Source of the DNA: Malacoraja senta
Taxonomy: Eukaryota
DNA: 64,000 nt
Assembly (NCBI GenBank): GCA_038087875.1
Contig: CM076001.1
Coordinates: 374,001-438,000, forward strand
Reading direction: 5' to 3'
Shown here: positions 39,725 to 52,147 of the stretch, piece after piece
Numbering within the stretch: position 1 is the first letter of the stretch
Layout of the letters: each line of letters opens with the position of its first letter
Position numbers and translations under genes: made by a program
The notes under the pieces: model-generated
Databases searched by the model: none
Told to the model about the DNA's origin: nothing
The model's input: only the letters and a program-made list of their open reading frames with translations

Positions 39725-41865
39725 AATGACAGGTATTTCTAGGAATAATACAGAAGGTGCAGGATCAGTTCATTCCTAGGAGAAAGAAAGATTCCAAGGG
39801 GAGTAAGGGGCGACCGTGGCTGACAATGGACGTCAGAGACAGTATAAGAATAAAAGACAAGAAGAAGTACAACGTAACAAAGATGAGCGGGAAGCAAGAG
39901 GATTGGGTAATGTTTAAAGAGCAACAGAAGATAACTAAAAAGACAATAGGGGGAGAAAAGATGAGGTACGAAGGTGAGCTAGCCAAGAATATAAAGGAGG
40001 AGAGTAAAAGCTTCTTTAGGTATGTGAAGAGGAAACAATTCGTTAAGACCAAAGTTGGACACTTGAAGACCGAAAAAGGTGATTTATTATGGGGAACAAG
40101 GAAATGCCAGATGAGTTGAACAGGTACTTTGTATCCGTCTTCACTAAGGAGGACACAAACAATCTTCCTGATATAGAAGTGGCCAGAGGATCTGGGGTGA
40201 CGGAGCAACTGAAGGGAATCCACATCAGGCAGGAAATGGTGTTGGGTAGACTGATGGGACTGAAGGCTGATAAATCCCCAGGGCCTGATGGTCTGCATCC
40301 CAGGGTACTTAAGGAAGTGGCTCTAGAAATCGTGGATGCATTGGTGATAATTTTCCAATGTTCTGTAGATTCAGGATCAGTTCCTGTGGATTGGAGGGTA
40401 GCTAATGTTATCCCACTTTTTAAGAAAGGCGGGAGAGAGAAAACAGGGAAATATAGACCAGTTAGCCTGACATCGGTGGTGGGGAAGATGCTGGAGTCAA
40501 TTATAAAAGATGAAATAGCCACACATTTGGATAGCAGTAACAGGATTGGTCCGAGTCAGCATGGATTTACAAAGGGGAAATCATGCTTGATTAATCTTCT
40601 GGAATATTTTGAGGATGTAACTAGGAAAATGGACAAGGGAGAGTCAGTGGATGTAGTGTACATGGACTTTCAGAAAGCATTTGATAAGGTCCCACGTAGG
40701 CGATTAGTGGGCAAAATTAGGGCACATGGTATTGGGGGTAGAGTGTTGACATGGATAGAAAATTGTTTGGCAGACAGGAAACAAAGAGTAGGGATTAACG
40801 GGTCCCTTTCAGAATGGCAGGCAGTGACTAGTGGGGTACCGCAAGGCTCAGTGCTGGGACCGCAGCTATTTACAATATACATCAATGTTTTGGATGAAGG
40901 GATTCAAAGTAACATTAGCAAATTTGCAGATAACACAAAGCTGGGTGGCAGTGTGAACTGTGAGGAGGATGCTATGAGAATGCAGGGTGACTTGGACAGG
41001 TTGGGGGAGTGGGCAAATGCATGGCAGATGAAGTTTAATGTGGATCTAATATAATAAGGTTATCCACTTTGCTATCAAAAACAGGAAGGCAGATTACTAT
41101 CTAAATGGCATCAAGTTGGGAAAAGGGGAAGTACAACGGGATCTGGGGGTCCTTGTGGCAGTCTCTGAAAGTAAGCATGCAGGTACAGCAGGCAGTGAAG
41201 AAAGGGAATGGCATGTTGGCCTTTATAACAAGAGGAGTCGAGTATAGGAGCAAGGAGGTCTTTCTGCAGTTGTAGAGCCCCAGTGAGACCACACCTGGAG
41301 TATTGTGTGCAGTTTTCGTCCCCTAATTTGAGGAAGGACATTCTTGCTATGAGGGAGTGCAGCGTAGGTATACAAGGTTAATTCCTGGCATGGCGGGACT
41401 GTGATATGCTGAGAGAATGGAGCGGCTGGGCTTGTATACTCTGGAGTTTAGAAGGATGAGAGGAGATCTTATTGAAACATATAAGATTGTTAAGGGTTTG
41501 GGCATGCTAGAGGCAGGAAACATGTTCCCGATGTTGGGGGAGTCCAGAAGCAGGGGCCACATTTTAAGAATAAGGGGTAAGCCATTTAGAACAGAGACGA
41601 GGAAACACTTTTTCTCGCAGAGAGTTGTGAGTCTGTGGAATTCTCTGCCTCAGAGGGCGGTGGAGGGCGGTGCTCTGGATACCTTCAAGAGAGAGATAGA
41701 TAGGGCACTTAAAGATAGCGGAGTCAGGGGATATGGGGAGAAGGCAGGAACGGGGTAATGATTGGCGTTGATCAGCCATGATCACATTGAATGGCGGTGC
41801 TGGCTCGAAGGGCCAAATGGCCCACTCCTGCGCCTATTGTCTATTGTCTATTGTCCATTGTCTGT
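39725..41865 (+). mobile_element. CR1 LINE ORF2 (RT), 5'-truncated, well preserved
   Basis: 321-aa ORF 40089-41054 with full RT motifs; 3' (CTATTGT)n tail. Confidence 0.95.
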
Positions 41866-41930
41866 CTAAAAAAACATACCCGCTCATTTTCAATGCAATC
41901 AAATATGCAATGGATGTTAGGATACTGAGA

Positions 41931-42091
41931 AGGAATGGATGACGTTTCGGGTCGAGACCCTTCTTTAGACTCGACCTGGGTCTCAACCCGCAACGTCACC
42001 CATTCCTTCTCTCCAGAGAAGCTGCCTGTCACGCTGAGATACTCCAGCATTTTGTGTCTATCTTCCATTTAAACCAGTTCCTTCCTACACA
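41931..42091. mobile_element. Penelope-derived mini-insert with inverted terminal-repeat pieces
   Basis: 14-bp direct repeat TTAGGATACTGAGA at 41917-41930 and 42092-42105. Confidence 0.8.
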
Positions 42092-42412
42092 TTAGGATAC
42101 TGAGATATGCAGAGGAAGCGTGGAATCTTGGCATGCAGGTCCACAAAATGGTGGATTACCTGATTAAGATGTAATGGGTATAGAATACTAGAGCAGGCAA
42201 TATACAAATTAAACTGCAACTGTACTGTGTGCAGGTCTGGTTACCACCACATAGGCAGGATGTGAAAGTGTTAAAAAATATGCTCTCTGAGCTAGAAAAT
42301 TATACATACAGTGGAAGATGAACCAGATGATGTATTTTTTGGAATGAAGATTAAATGATTTAATTGAAGTACAGTGAACCCTCATTATAACGGACCATAA
42401 GGTGGTTAATAG

Positions 42413-42718
42413 TGTAGGAAAGAACTGCAGATGCTGGTTTAAATCAAAGGTAGACACAAAATGCTGGAGTAACTCAGCGGGACAGGCAACATCTCTGGAG
42501 AGAAGGAATGGGTGACGTTTTTGGGTTGAGTCCCTTCTTCAGACTGATGTCAGGGGAGTGGGCGGGACAGAGATCGAATGTAGTCGGAGAAAGTTCTATC
42601 TCCGTCCCAAGCACTCCCCTGACATCAATCGGTTCTCGACCCGAAACATCACCAATTCCTTCTCTCCAGAGATGCTGCCTGTCCTGCTGAGTTACTCCAG
42701 CATTTTGTGTCTACCAGA
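42413..42718. mobile_element. Palindromic Penelope-derived mini-insert
   Basis: GGTTAATAG at 42404-42412 and 42719-42727; 42449-42715 folds back on itself. Confidence 0.8.
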
Positions 42719-43096
42719 GGTTAATAGCGTATGTTATTGCCATTTATCTCAATCTCACAGTGGGCAGTCTCTTTCCTCGCTCTGCTATGTGGGAGAACCC
42801 TGGCGCACAAGGTCAAATGTTGACTATCCTGCCATGCAACTCAGATTGCACCAATATCAATGTTCACTTCACTCTGGGCACCAAAAGACCAAAGGCTAAT
42901 GTTACATCTGGAGCACATTCAAAGCATAGATCACCAGTAGAAGAACTAATGCTGCTTCACAAGAGATATTTAAATAGACCTTGTCTAACAGCAAATCCCA
43001 TTTTCAGCTTATTGGCTATGCTCTTTCCAAAAAGACAATTATTTCCAAAATGGAAATACTTTTAAACTGATGATCATCAATAACTAATGCATTAAG

Positions 43097-44136
43097 TAGG
43101 TATGTTACAAAACTTACCTTCAGTCGCGCTGTAATTCTGCCACTGGCCGTGTGCGCGATTTTGGCGCCTTTAAGGGGGGGGCGGGGTTAAAACGCGGTTT
43201 TTCCTTCCTTGTCCTGGAAATATTTTGTTGGAGTACAAAACTTCGCTGACAAAATCGTTCCTACCCGCGTTTTGTGAATTTTTTTTAATTATTAAATCGT
43301 CAATGTCAGCGCTACAGTCATTTTAAAAGCAGCTCCTGAAGCGTCAACGCCAATAACGGGGACGGATTTCACACAATGGACAGGTAAACGAAAGTGCTTT
43401 CTTTAAATGTATAAAAGTGCTTCTTAAGAAGCCTTTAATTCACATTTTGTCATGCGACACGGTGATTTTATTCCCCGAATTAACGGCAGTATTTTTCATG
43501 CCAATACGGGGTTAAATTCACCGCAAATGAACGTTCCAAAAGATCGCGTTCCAGAAATTCTCACTCGCAAGATGAATTAAATCCCCATTAATTTACAGGT
43601 ATTAAACATTCAATTCCTTCCATTTGGCCTGTAAATTCATGAAAATTAGATTTAAAAATTATGTTATATTGTGAATTATTGTGTGAATGTTATTTGGACA
43701 CTTAGGCTATTTAAAAATGTTAATCTATTCTTAAGAAATTGATAGATGTTTAGATCTAGTAATTGAATTTTGTAATTAGCTACAATTAGGTAACTAACTA
43801 ATTATATGCTTTACTTTCATGTCTTCGAAGTAAGATTGTTTCATATTTGTTTCAGAATGCTTCAATCTATAATACCTGAAAATTAATTCAGTTACCATAA
43901 TTTTTAAGAAAGTTATGGGCTTTTAACTGTCCTCGATCACAGCTTTTGTGTTAAGTCAATGGAAAAGCAATAGGGAACTAGATGCTAATTTCTGAGTATG
44001 ATAATGGCCATAACTTTTTTAATACTGAAGATATGAAAGTGAATTAAGTGTCAAATTAAACTTCTTTTTATGCTTTATCTGATGGGATAAATTGCAGACT
44101 TGATTTTTTAAATCTCAAAATTTTGTAACATTGCTA
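43097..44136. mobile_element. Non-autonomous DNA transposon, 1040 bp, superfamily uncertain
   Basis: TIR TAGGTATGTTACAAAA / TTTTGTAACATTGCTA; direct repeat CATTAAG at 43090-43096 and 44137-44143. Confidence 0.82.
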
Positions 44137-44642
44137 CATTAAGTATTTCACCAATTTTCAAAATAGTGACCATAAAACATTGCGCAAAACAAAAAGTGTT
44201 GCATTAACTCAACGGGCCAGGCAGCATCGCTGGTGGACATGGATAGGTGATGTTTCAGGTTGGGTCCCTTCAGACTAACTGTAGTAGGGAGGAGAAAGTT
44301 GGAAAAGAGGTGGAGACAAGGTGTGGTAAGTGATAGGTGGAAACAGGTGAGGAGGTTTTGATTGGTGTCAAACAGGTGTAAGATAGGGAGAGAAGAGGAA
44401 TGAAGTGTGAAAGTGGAGGAGGGATGTAGGTGGAAATGGGTGTGCACTTGGGTGGGGCACAGGGAAGAGAGGAGGTAAAATGGGAGAGGGGGAGAGAGAT
44501 GTTACCTAAACTTGGTGAAATCAACGTTCATATCACCTGTCCATGTCCTCCAGAGATGCTGTCTGATTCACTGGGTTATTATTATTTTGCTCAGAATAGC
44601 TGCGTCTACAGTTGTGGTAGTTTCTCAGTTTCGCCAGAATAC

Positions 44643-44888
44643 CTTGCTTTTTTGAAGACTGTCGATGGTGAGGCTGAAGTTGTCCAGCTCCAGTTTCATG
44701 TTTTGCTTTTCTTTCTCTGCTTTCACGCGCAGCCTCTGTAGGTTCTCGTACTGCTCGGTGATCTCCACCACCGTGTCTACGTGCTTCTTGCGCAGAGTGG
44801 CGGCCGTGGTCTCTGACTGCTGAGTGCCCTCCTCCAACTCACGCCGCAGACGCTGCAGTTCCGACTCACGTTTCTTGTTCATCTCGAT
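44643..44888 (-). CDS. MYH16: Myosin rod exon (MYH16-like), 246 nt, IEMNKKRESELQRLRRELEE...SLQKSK
   Basis: ccttcctcctggag|ATC...AAG|gtattc, phase 0/0. IEMNKKRE and LRKKH motifs. 57+87+246 = 390 nt, the recalled length of the single equivalent MYH7 exon. Confidence 0.93.
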
Positions 44889-45210
44889 CTCCAGGAGGAA
44901 GGTGTTAAAACAAGACAATTAACAGCGAGGAATCACATCTTGGCCTTAAACATAATTAGGACAAGCTAGTCTAGAAAATATAACAATTTGTGTTCTATTT
45001 TCATGTTGTATAAGGGTCTCAACCAGAAATGTCACCCATTCCTTCTCTCCAGAGATGCTGCCATCTCTGAGATCCTGAGTTACTCCAGCATTTTGTGTCA
45101 ATCTTAAATATAATGATTCTGTGGACCTCCTTGATGCTTTTTTACAATATTAATGTCAACATATTAATGTCAGAATGTCCAAAATTATAATTTTTTTAAC
45201 GTTTTTAATT

Positions 45211-45473
45211 TTTAGAGATACAGTGCAGAAACAGTCCCTTTGGTCCGTGCTGAAACAGAATCCTACGCACACTAAGGACAATTTACATTAATACCAAGCC
45301 AATTAACCTACAAACCTGTACGTCTTTGGAGTGTGGGAGGAAACTGAAGATCCCGGAGAAAACCCATGTGATCACGGGGCAAATGTACAAGCTCCGTGCA
45401 GACAGCACCCATAGTCGGGATGGAACCCGGGTCTCCGGCGCCGAAAGCGCTGTAAGGCAGCAACTCTACCGCT
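45211..45473 (-). mobile_element. HE1/V-SINE-like SINE
   Basis: Core and tRNA head on the minus strand. Confidence 0.85.
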
Positions 45474-46129
45474 GGTTCTCTTTTCAGAAACTCTGCATAA
45501 CCTGAGCTGTTATTGTTGGGCAGGAGAGAAAAGATTTACGCAGACTCCTAACATTGATGCCATCAGGGGTCCTTTGCTTGGTGGTGTGGGTGCAGGGAGG
45601 TCTGTTCTTCAGTGACATTTCAATCCATGCTCCCTTTATCTGTTCTTGACTTCAATGGAATTTCCAAAGTAGGTGGGATGCAAAATATTCATTATCATTC
45701 TGTATCAAGGTAACCACTGATGTAGTTTGCACCAGTTGGTTTATAAAAAGACTAATGAAATGTACCGACTTCTTTCCAGAGCGGCCGACCATGCGGAACC
45801 TTATCAAATGCCTTGCTAAAGTCAGAATCAAAAAAATGTACTGAAATATCTTTATTCCCAGCAGGTTGAGTGGTAAAAGTATAAATATAATGAGGCAACC
45901 CACTTCATGCAATAACCAATGCTTTCTTTCACCACTGACATTAGGTTAATTTCACTTTCCTGGACGATTTTGAATGAATAACATTGCTTTTGTAGAAGCA
46001 TATGAAAAGATGAGTAAGGCATGCAGAAAGCATGCAAAATAATATTTTGGCTTTTGTTTATTAACAAGCAAATGAATGCATCAGGAATCATGGAGAGATT
46101 TTGTCCATCTGTGAAGTACATAAGAATTT

Positions 46130-46735
46130 GTCATAAGTTCATAAGTGATAGGAATAGAATTAGGCCATTCGGCCCTTCAAGTCTACTCCGCCATTCAATT
46201 AAGGCTGATCCATCTCTCCCTCCTAACCCCATTCTCCTGCCTTCTCCCCATCACCCCTGGCACCCGTACTAATCAATAATCTATCTATCTCTGCCTTAAA
46301 AATATCCATTGACTTGGCCTCCACAACCTTCTGTGGCAATGAATTCCACAGATTCACCACCCTCTGACTGAAGAAATTCCTCATCTCCTTCCTAAAGGAA
46401 CGTCCTTTAATTCTGAGGCTATGTATGGCCTCTGGTCCTAGATTCTCCCACTAGTGGAAACATCCTCTCCACATCCACTCTATCTGTGCTTTTCACTATT
46501 CAGTAAGTTTCAATGAGGTCCCCCCTCATTCTTCTAAACTCCAGCGAGTACAGGCCCAGTGCTGTCAAACGCCCATCATATGTTAACCAACTGGGATCAT
46601 TCTCGTAAACCTCCTCTGGCCCTCGCCAGCGCTAGCACACCCTTCCTCAGATATGGGACCCAAAACTGCTCACAATACTCCCAATGCGGCCTGACCAGCG
46701 CCTTATAAAGCCTCAGCATTACAGCCCTGTTTTTG
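46130..46735 (-). mobile_element. CR1 3' fragment
   Basis: Reverse complement of the YSLEFRR-to-3' UTR region. Confidence 0.85.
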
Positions 46736-47005
46736 TCAGGATCATACAGCATAGAAAACAGGCCCTTCGGCCCAACTTGTCAGAGATTTAAATCCTTGAA
46801 AAACCATCAGTTCATTCAGAGGATGGAGTTTACAAGCAATGGCCAGTAAATACATCTACATTAACATGTTCACCCTGTCTCTGCCCAAGATGGATAATCC
46901 TTCCTTCCCATTGCATCTGGGAAAGATTAATTTCACTACAGAATTAAACCAAATGCAGCAATAGTTAATAGAGAGCAAGCAAAGAAAATTAACTCTTGTT
47001 CTAAC

Positions 47006-47092
47006 CTGGGATGCGGTGACTCCGCCAGCCTCCTCCAGTCTGTCGGTGAGGTCCTCCAGCTCCCTGGTTAGATCAGCTCGCTGCTTCTCCAC
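47006..47092 (-). CDS. MYH16: Myosin rod exon (MYH16-like), 87 nt, [29 protein letters not shown]
   Basis: ctcctgcgcag|GTG...CAG|gttaga, phase 0/0. Contains the conserved RLEEAGG motif and continues the previous exon in frame. Confidence 0.92.
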
Positions 47093-47274
47093 CTGCGCAG
47101 GAGAGAATGTATCCCAGGTCATTGCTGCAACGTTCAGCTCATTACCATATTTCTTTGGTGAACTCTTGTGGACAAACTATCATTTGCTCTAAATTTATGA
47201 TCCAAAAAGAGGCAGCACCACAGCAGAGCTGGTAGTGAGGCTGCCCCCAAGAGTGGTTCATATGTGACCTCCGG

Positions 47275-47278
47275 GTGT

Positions 47279-47367
<89 letters not shown>

Positions 47368-47428
47368 TGTGTGTGTGTGTGTGTGTGTGTCTGTATGTGT
47401 GTGTGTGTGTGTCTGTGTGTGTGTGACA

Positions 47429-47491
<63 letters not shown>

Positions 47492-47520
47492 TGTGTGTCT
47501 GTGTGTGTGTGTGTGTGTGT

Positions 47521-47566
<46 letters not shown>

Positions 47567-49603
47567 CTGTGTGTGCATTTGTATGTCTGTGTGTGTATGT
47601 GTGTGTGCACGTGTATGTATGTGTGTATGTCCATGTGTGTGTATGTCCGTGTGTGTGAGTATCCATGTGTATGTATGTCTGTGTGTGTGTCCGTCCATGT
47701 GTGTGTGTGTGTGTGTCCATGTGTGTATGTCTGTGTGTATGTATGTCCGTGTGTGTGTCCATGTGTGTGCACGCATTGTGTGTATGTCCATGTGTGTATG
47801 TATGTATGCCCGTGTTTGTGTGTGTCCATGTGTCCATGTGTATGTATGTCCATGTGTGTGTGTGTTTGTGTTTGTGTGTGCGTGTGTATGTCCATGTGTG
47901 CGTGTCCATGTGTGTGTGTATGTCCATGTGTGTGGGCGTGTGTGTGTGAGTGTGTGTGTGTATGTCCGTGTGTGTGTGTGTGTATGTATGTCCGTGTGTG
48001 TGTATGTCCATGTGTGGGTGTGTGTGGGAGCGTATGTCTGTGTTTGTGTGTGTGTGAGCATGTCTGTATGTCTGTGTGTGCGTGAGCGTGTGTGTGTGTC
48101 CGTGTGTGTCATCTGTGTGTTCATGTCTGTGAGTGCCTGTGTGTGTGTGTGTCCATGTGTGTGCGTCCGTATGTGTATGTATGTCATACAAACATAGAAA
48201 CATAGAAAATAGGTGCAGGAGGAGGCCATTTGGCCCTTTGAGCCAGCACCGCCATTCATTGCGATCATGGCTGATCATCCCCAATCAATAACCCGTGCCT
48301 GCCTTCTCCCCATATCTCTTGATTCCACTAGCCCCATGAGCTCTATCTAACTCTCTCTTAAATCCATCCAGTGATTTGGCTTCCACTGCCCTCTGTGGCA
48401 GGAAATTCCACACATTCACAACTCTAGGTGAAAAAGATTTTTCTCACCTCAGTCCTAAATGACCCCTTTATTCTAAGACCGTGGCCCCTGGTTCTGGACT
48501 CGCCCAACATTGGGAACATTTTTCCTGCATCTAGCCTGTCCAGTCCTTTTATAATTTTATATGTTTCTAATGTCCGTGTGTGTGTGTGTGTGTGTGTGTC
48601 CGTACATGTGTGTGTGTCCGTGTGTATGTGTGGGTGTATCCGTGTGTGTGAGCGTGTGTCTGCATGTCCGTATGTGCGTGTCCGTGTGTGTGTATGTGTA
48701 TATCTGTATTTGTGTGTCCATGTGTATGTATGTCCATGTGTGTGTGTGTGCGTGTTTGTGTGTGCGTGTGTATGGTCGTGTGTGTGTGTGAGAGCGTATG
48801 TGTGTATGTCCGTGCATGTGTTTGTGAGTGTCTGTGTATGTCCGTGTGTGTGTGAGCGTGTGTGTGTATGTCCATGTGTGTGTATGTCCATGTGTGTGTG
48901 GGAGCATATGTCCGTGTTTGTGGTTGTGTGTGTAAGTGCGTCTGTATGTCCGTGTGTGTGTGTGTGTCCATCTGTGTGTCCATGTGTGTGTGTCCGTGTG
49001 TGTGTGTGTGTATCCGTGTGTGTGTGAGCGTGTGTGTATGTCTGTATGTGTGTGTCCATGTCTGTGTGTGTGTATGTCCGTATGTGCATGTCCATTGATG
49101 TGTGTGTCCGTGTGTGAGTGTGTCCATGTGTGTGTGCGTGTCCATGTGTGTGTGCGTGTCCATGTGTGTGTGTCTGAGTGTGTGTGTGTCCGTGTGTGCG
49201 TGTGTGTCTGTGCATGTGTGAGTGTGTGTGTGTGTATGTCAGTGTGTGTGTGTGCATGTGTGTGTGTGTGTCCATGTGTGTGTGTGTGTCCATGTGTGGG
49301 TGTGTCCGTGTGTGCGTGTGTGTGTGTGTGTCTGCGTGTGTGAGTGTGTGTGTGTATGTCAGTGTGTGTGTGTCCATCTGTGTGTGTCCATATGTGTGTG
49401 TGTGTGTATGTCAGTGTGTGTGTGTGTGTGTGTGTATGTCAGTGTGTGTGTGTGTCCATCTGTGTGTGTCCATATGTGTGTGTGTGTATGTCAGTGTGTG
49501 CGTGTGTGTATGTCAGTGTGTACGTGTGTGTATGACAGTGTGTGCGTGTGTGTATGTCAGTGTGTGTGTGTGTGTGTGTGTATGTCAGTGTGTGTGTGTG
49601 TGT
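47275..49603. repeat. (TG)n microsatellite grading into a degenerate TGTCC(A/G)/TGTCAG satellite
   Basis: Read directly; interrupted by CR1 at 48190-48568. Confidence 0.97.
48190..48568 (-). mobile_element. CR1 3' fragment embedded in the TG satellite
   Basis: ETYKIIKGLDRLDAGKMFPMLGESRTRGH; (AACATAGA)n tail at ~48190. Confidence 0.9.
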
Positions 49604-50509
49604 GGAGTTTATACATTCTCCTATAGTTTCCTACAGGTAATGTGAGCTTCACTCTCATCCTAAAGACACGCAAGTCCATAGGTTTTGATTGTCCACTGTA
49701 ATTTGCCTTATGTGTGTAGAATTGTATGTGTGGTGGGGGGGCGGAAGGGAGAAGTGTTGATGATATCACAGGTACAATAAAATAGAAAGAGTGGAGTACA
49801 TGAGGATGAGGGGTAATGTTTGCCCAGTCTCTTGCCCAGAGTCGGGGAATGGAGAGTAATCCCACAGCACAGAGGGCAGCACATAGTTGGAAGAAGGGTC
49901 TCGACCTATTCCTCTTCTCCAGAGATGCTGTCTGAACCACTGAGTTACTCCAGCTCTTAGTGTCTATCTTTGGTTAAACCAGCATCTGCAGTTCCTTTCT
50001 ACACATCGCACAGGTTCATCTGCACTACACCTGCCCCAGCCCCTCAACAGGCAGCTTGATTACCAATCAAATGCTGCAAATATTTGAGACTAAACTGGTG
50101 TCAGAGTGTGCTGACATTCTGTCAGTAGATCCACTACGGACTTGATTCTGCTGCGGTTGTTCTCAGTAGTTTGGTTTCTACACCACCATTGTCAAGTTTG
50201 CTTAGAATAACTGATAATTTATTGTATAAGAAAGTACTGCAGATGCTGGAAAAATCGAAGGTTGACAAAAATGCTGGAGAAACTCAGCGGGTGAGGCAGC
50301 ATCTATGGAGCGAAGGAATAGGCGACCTTTCGGGTCGAGAGCCTTCTTCACCCTTCTTCAACCTACACAGTCTGATAATTTATTTTCTCCATGCGGCGTC
50401 ACACACACTAACTACCCCCCTTGATATTATATTAATATTATTAATTTGCTCCTTTTACCCCATAACCGCCCTATCCACTGACACATAGCCCCCAACTCGC
50501 AGGCGCATC

Positions 50510-51055
50510 TAGAGAGGGAGGGGGGGTAGAGAGTGAGGGCAGAGAAAGAATGGGGAGAGACAGAGAGAAAGGGGCAGAGACAGAAGGGCAAGAGACAGAG
50601 GGAGAGGGGGTGGAGGGGAGGAGGAGAGGGAGGGTGGGTGAGGGGGGGAGGGTGGGGGAGGAGGGGTGAGAGAGATGGGAGGAGAGAGAGAGGGGAGGAG
50701 AGAGAGGGGGAGAGAGAGGGAGAGATGGGGAAGGGAAGGGGGGAGAGGGGGAAGGGAGGGGGAGAGGTGTGGGGGAAAGGGGGGAGGGTGGGGAGAGGAT
50801 GGGGTGGAGGGAAGGGGGTAGGGGAGGGGTGGAGCGGAGGGGGATGGTGGTTTAGTGGAGGGAGGGTGGGGAAGGGCAGGGGGGTGTGGGGGAGAGGAAG
50901 GGGGGAGAGAGAGAGGGAGGGGGGAGAGAGAGAGGGAGGGGGAGAGAGAGAGAGAGGGGGAGAGGGAGAGAGGGAGAGAGGGGGAGAGGGAGAGAGAGGG
51001 GGAGAGAGAGATGGGGAGGGAGAGGGAGAGAGAGAGAGGGAGAGACAGAGAGCGA
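50510..51055. repeat. Polypurine (G/A-rich) low-complexity tract
   Basis: About 540 bp of mostly G and A with many G runs. Confidence 0.95.
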
Positions 51056-51286
51056 AATGCATCCGTGCGTCACGAGTTCAGAATGTTCTGGAAATAAAGC
51101 GTCAGCGTCTCATGCACGAAAGCTGTTGGCAGCTCTATGGAATTCAGGGGATGACCCCCCCCCACACACACACACAGCTGGTCCGATCTAAGCTGTCAAT
51201 GATGACTACAATTTTTTTTTTTAACTGTCTTTGAAATTAAAAGTTAATGTTAAGAATTAGTGATGTTAAGTAAGAAATAATTCAAT

Positions 51287-51486
51287 NNNNNNNNNNNNNN
51301 NNNNNNNNNNNNNNNNNNNNNNNNNNNNNNNNNNNNNNNNNNNNNNNNNNNNNNNNNNNNNNNNNNNNNNNNNNNNNNNNNNNNNNNNNNNNNNNNNNNN
51401 NNNNNNNNNNNNNNNNNNNNNNNNNNNNNNNNNNNNNNNNNNNNNNNNNNNNNNNNNNNNNNNNNNNNNNNNNNNNNNNNNNNNNN
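51287..51486. other. Assembly gap (200 N)
   Basis: Run of N. Confidence 0.99.
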
Positions 51487-51710
51487 CTCCTGCGCTCCAA
51501 GGAATAGTGTCCCAGCCTACTCAACCTCGCCCTAAAGCTCAGACCCTTGAGTCCTGGCAGCATCCTCGTAAATCTTCTCTGTGCCCTTTCCAGCTTGACA
51601 ACATCCTTCCTATAACATGATGCCCAGTACTGAATGCAATATTCTAAATGTGGTCTCATCAACGTCTTATACAACTGCAACATGACCTCCCAACTTCTAT
51701 ACTCAGTGAC
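51487..51710 (-). mobile_element. CR1 fragment abutting the assembly gap
   Basis: LYKTLMRPHLEYCIQYW motif. Confidence 0.85.
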
Positions 51711-52147
51711 TTCTGAACCACTGTACATCTATGATCATGTCACAGATGCAGTCACAAGATTGGAATGAGTGCAAGTGGCCAGCTCTCGTCTACACACAGC
51801 TATGCTGGTGCACATGATCCACACAAAGAATATAAATGAGGTACATGCAGAATACCGGCAACCCCCTTATATTGTGAACGAGCAGCATCGGGACCCTTAC
51901 TGCGGGGTAAGGTATAAGTTGCTTCCAGTACTCTCCCATGTAAAAGCAAGTACAGGCTGTCCCCAGGTCAAATCACCCAATGTATGGACACTACTCAATA
52001 TGAACAAGCTTCAATAATATTATTAAATTTACATTGATTCCTACAAACAGCTGAATTAATTTAACATTTAATGCAGTTGTTCTTCCTCCAGAGTTACGTG
52101 ACTGAAGGTTCCAAGGCAATAATAATTGTATGGTCCTAGAAGGGTGC

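Noticed and set aside
47134..49645. Long His/Thr-rich and Cys/Val-rich ORFs (up to 380 aa)
   Set aside because: They are translations of the TG/CA satellite.
50427..51234. Pro/Ser/Leu-rich and Gly/Arg/Glu-rich ORFs
   Set aside because: Artefacts of the purine tract.
51287..51486. Gap hiding missing myosin exons or a misjoin
   Set aside because: The exons on either side (53921-53977 and 47006-47092) are consecutive and in frame.
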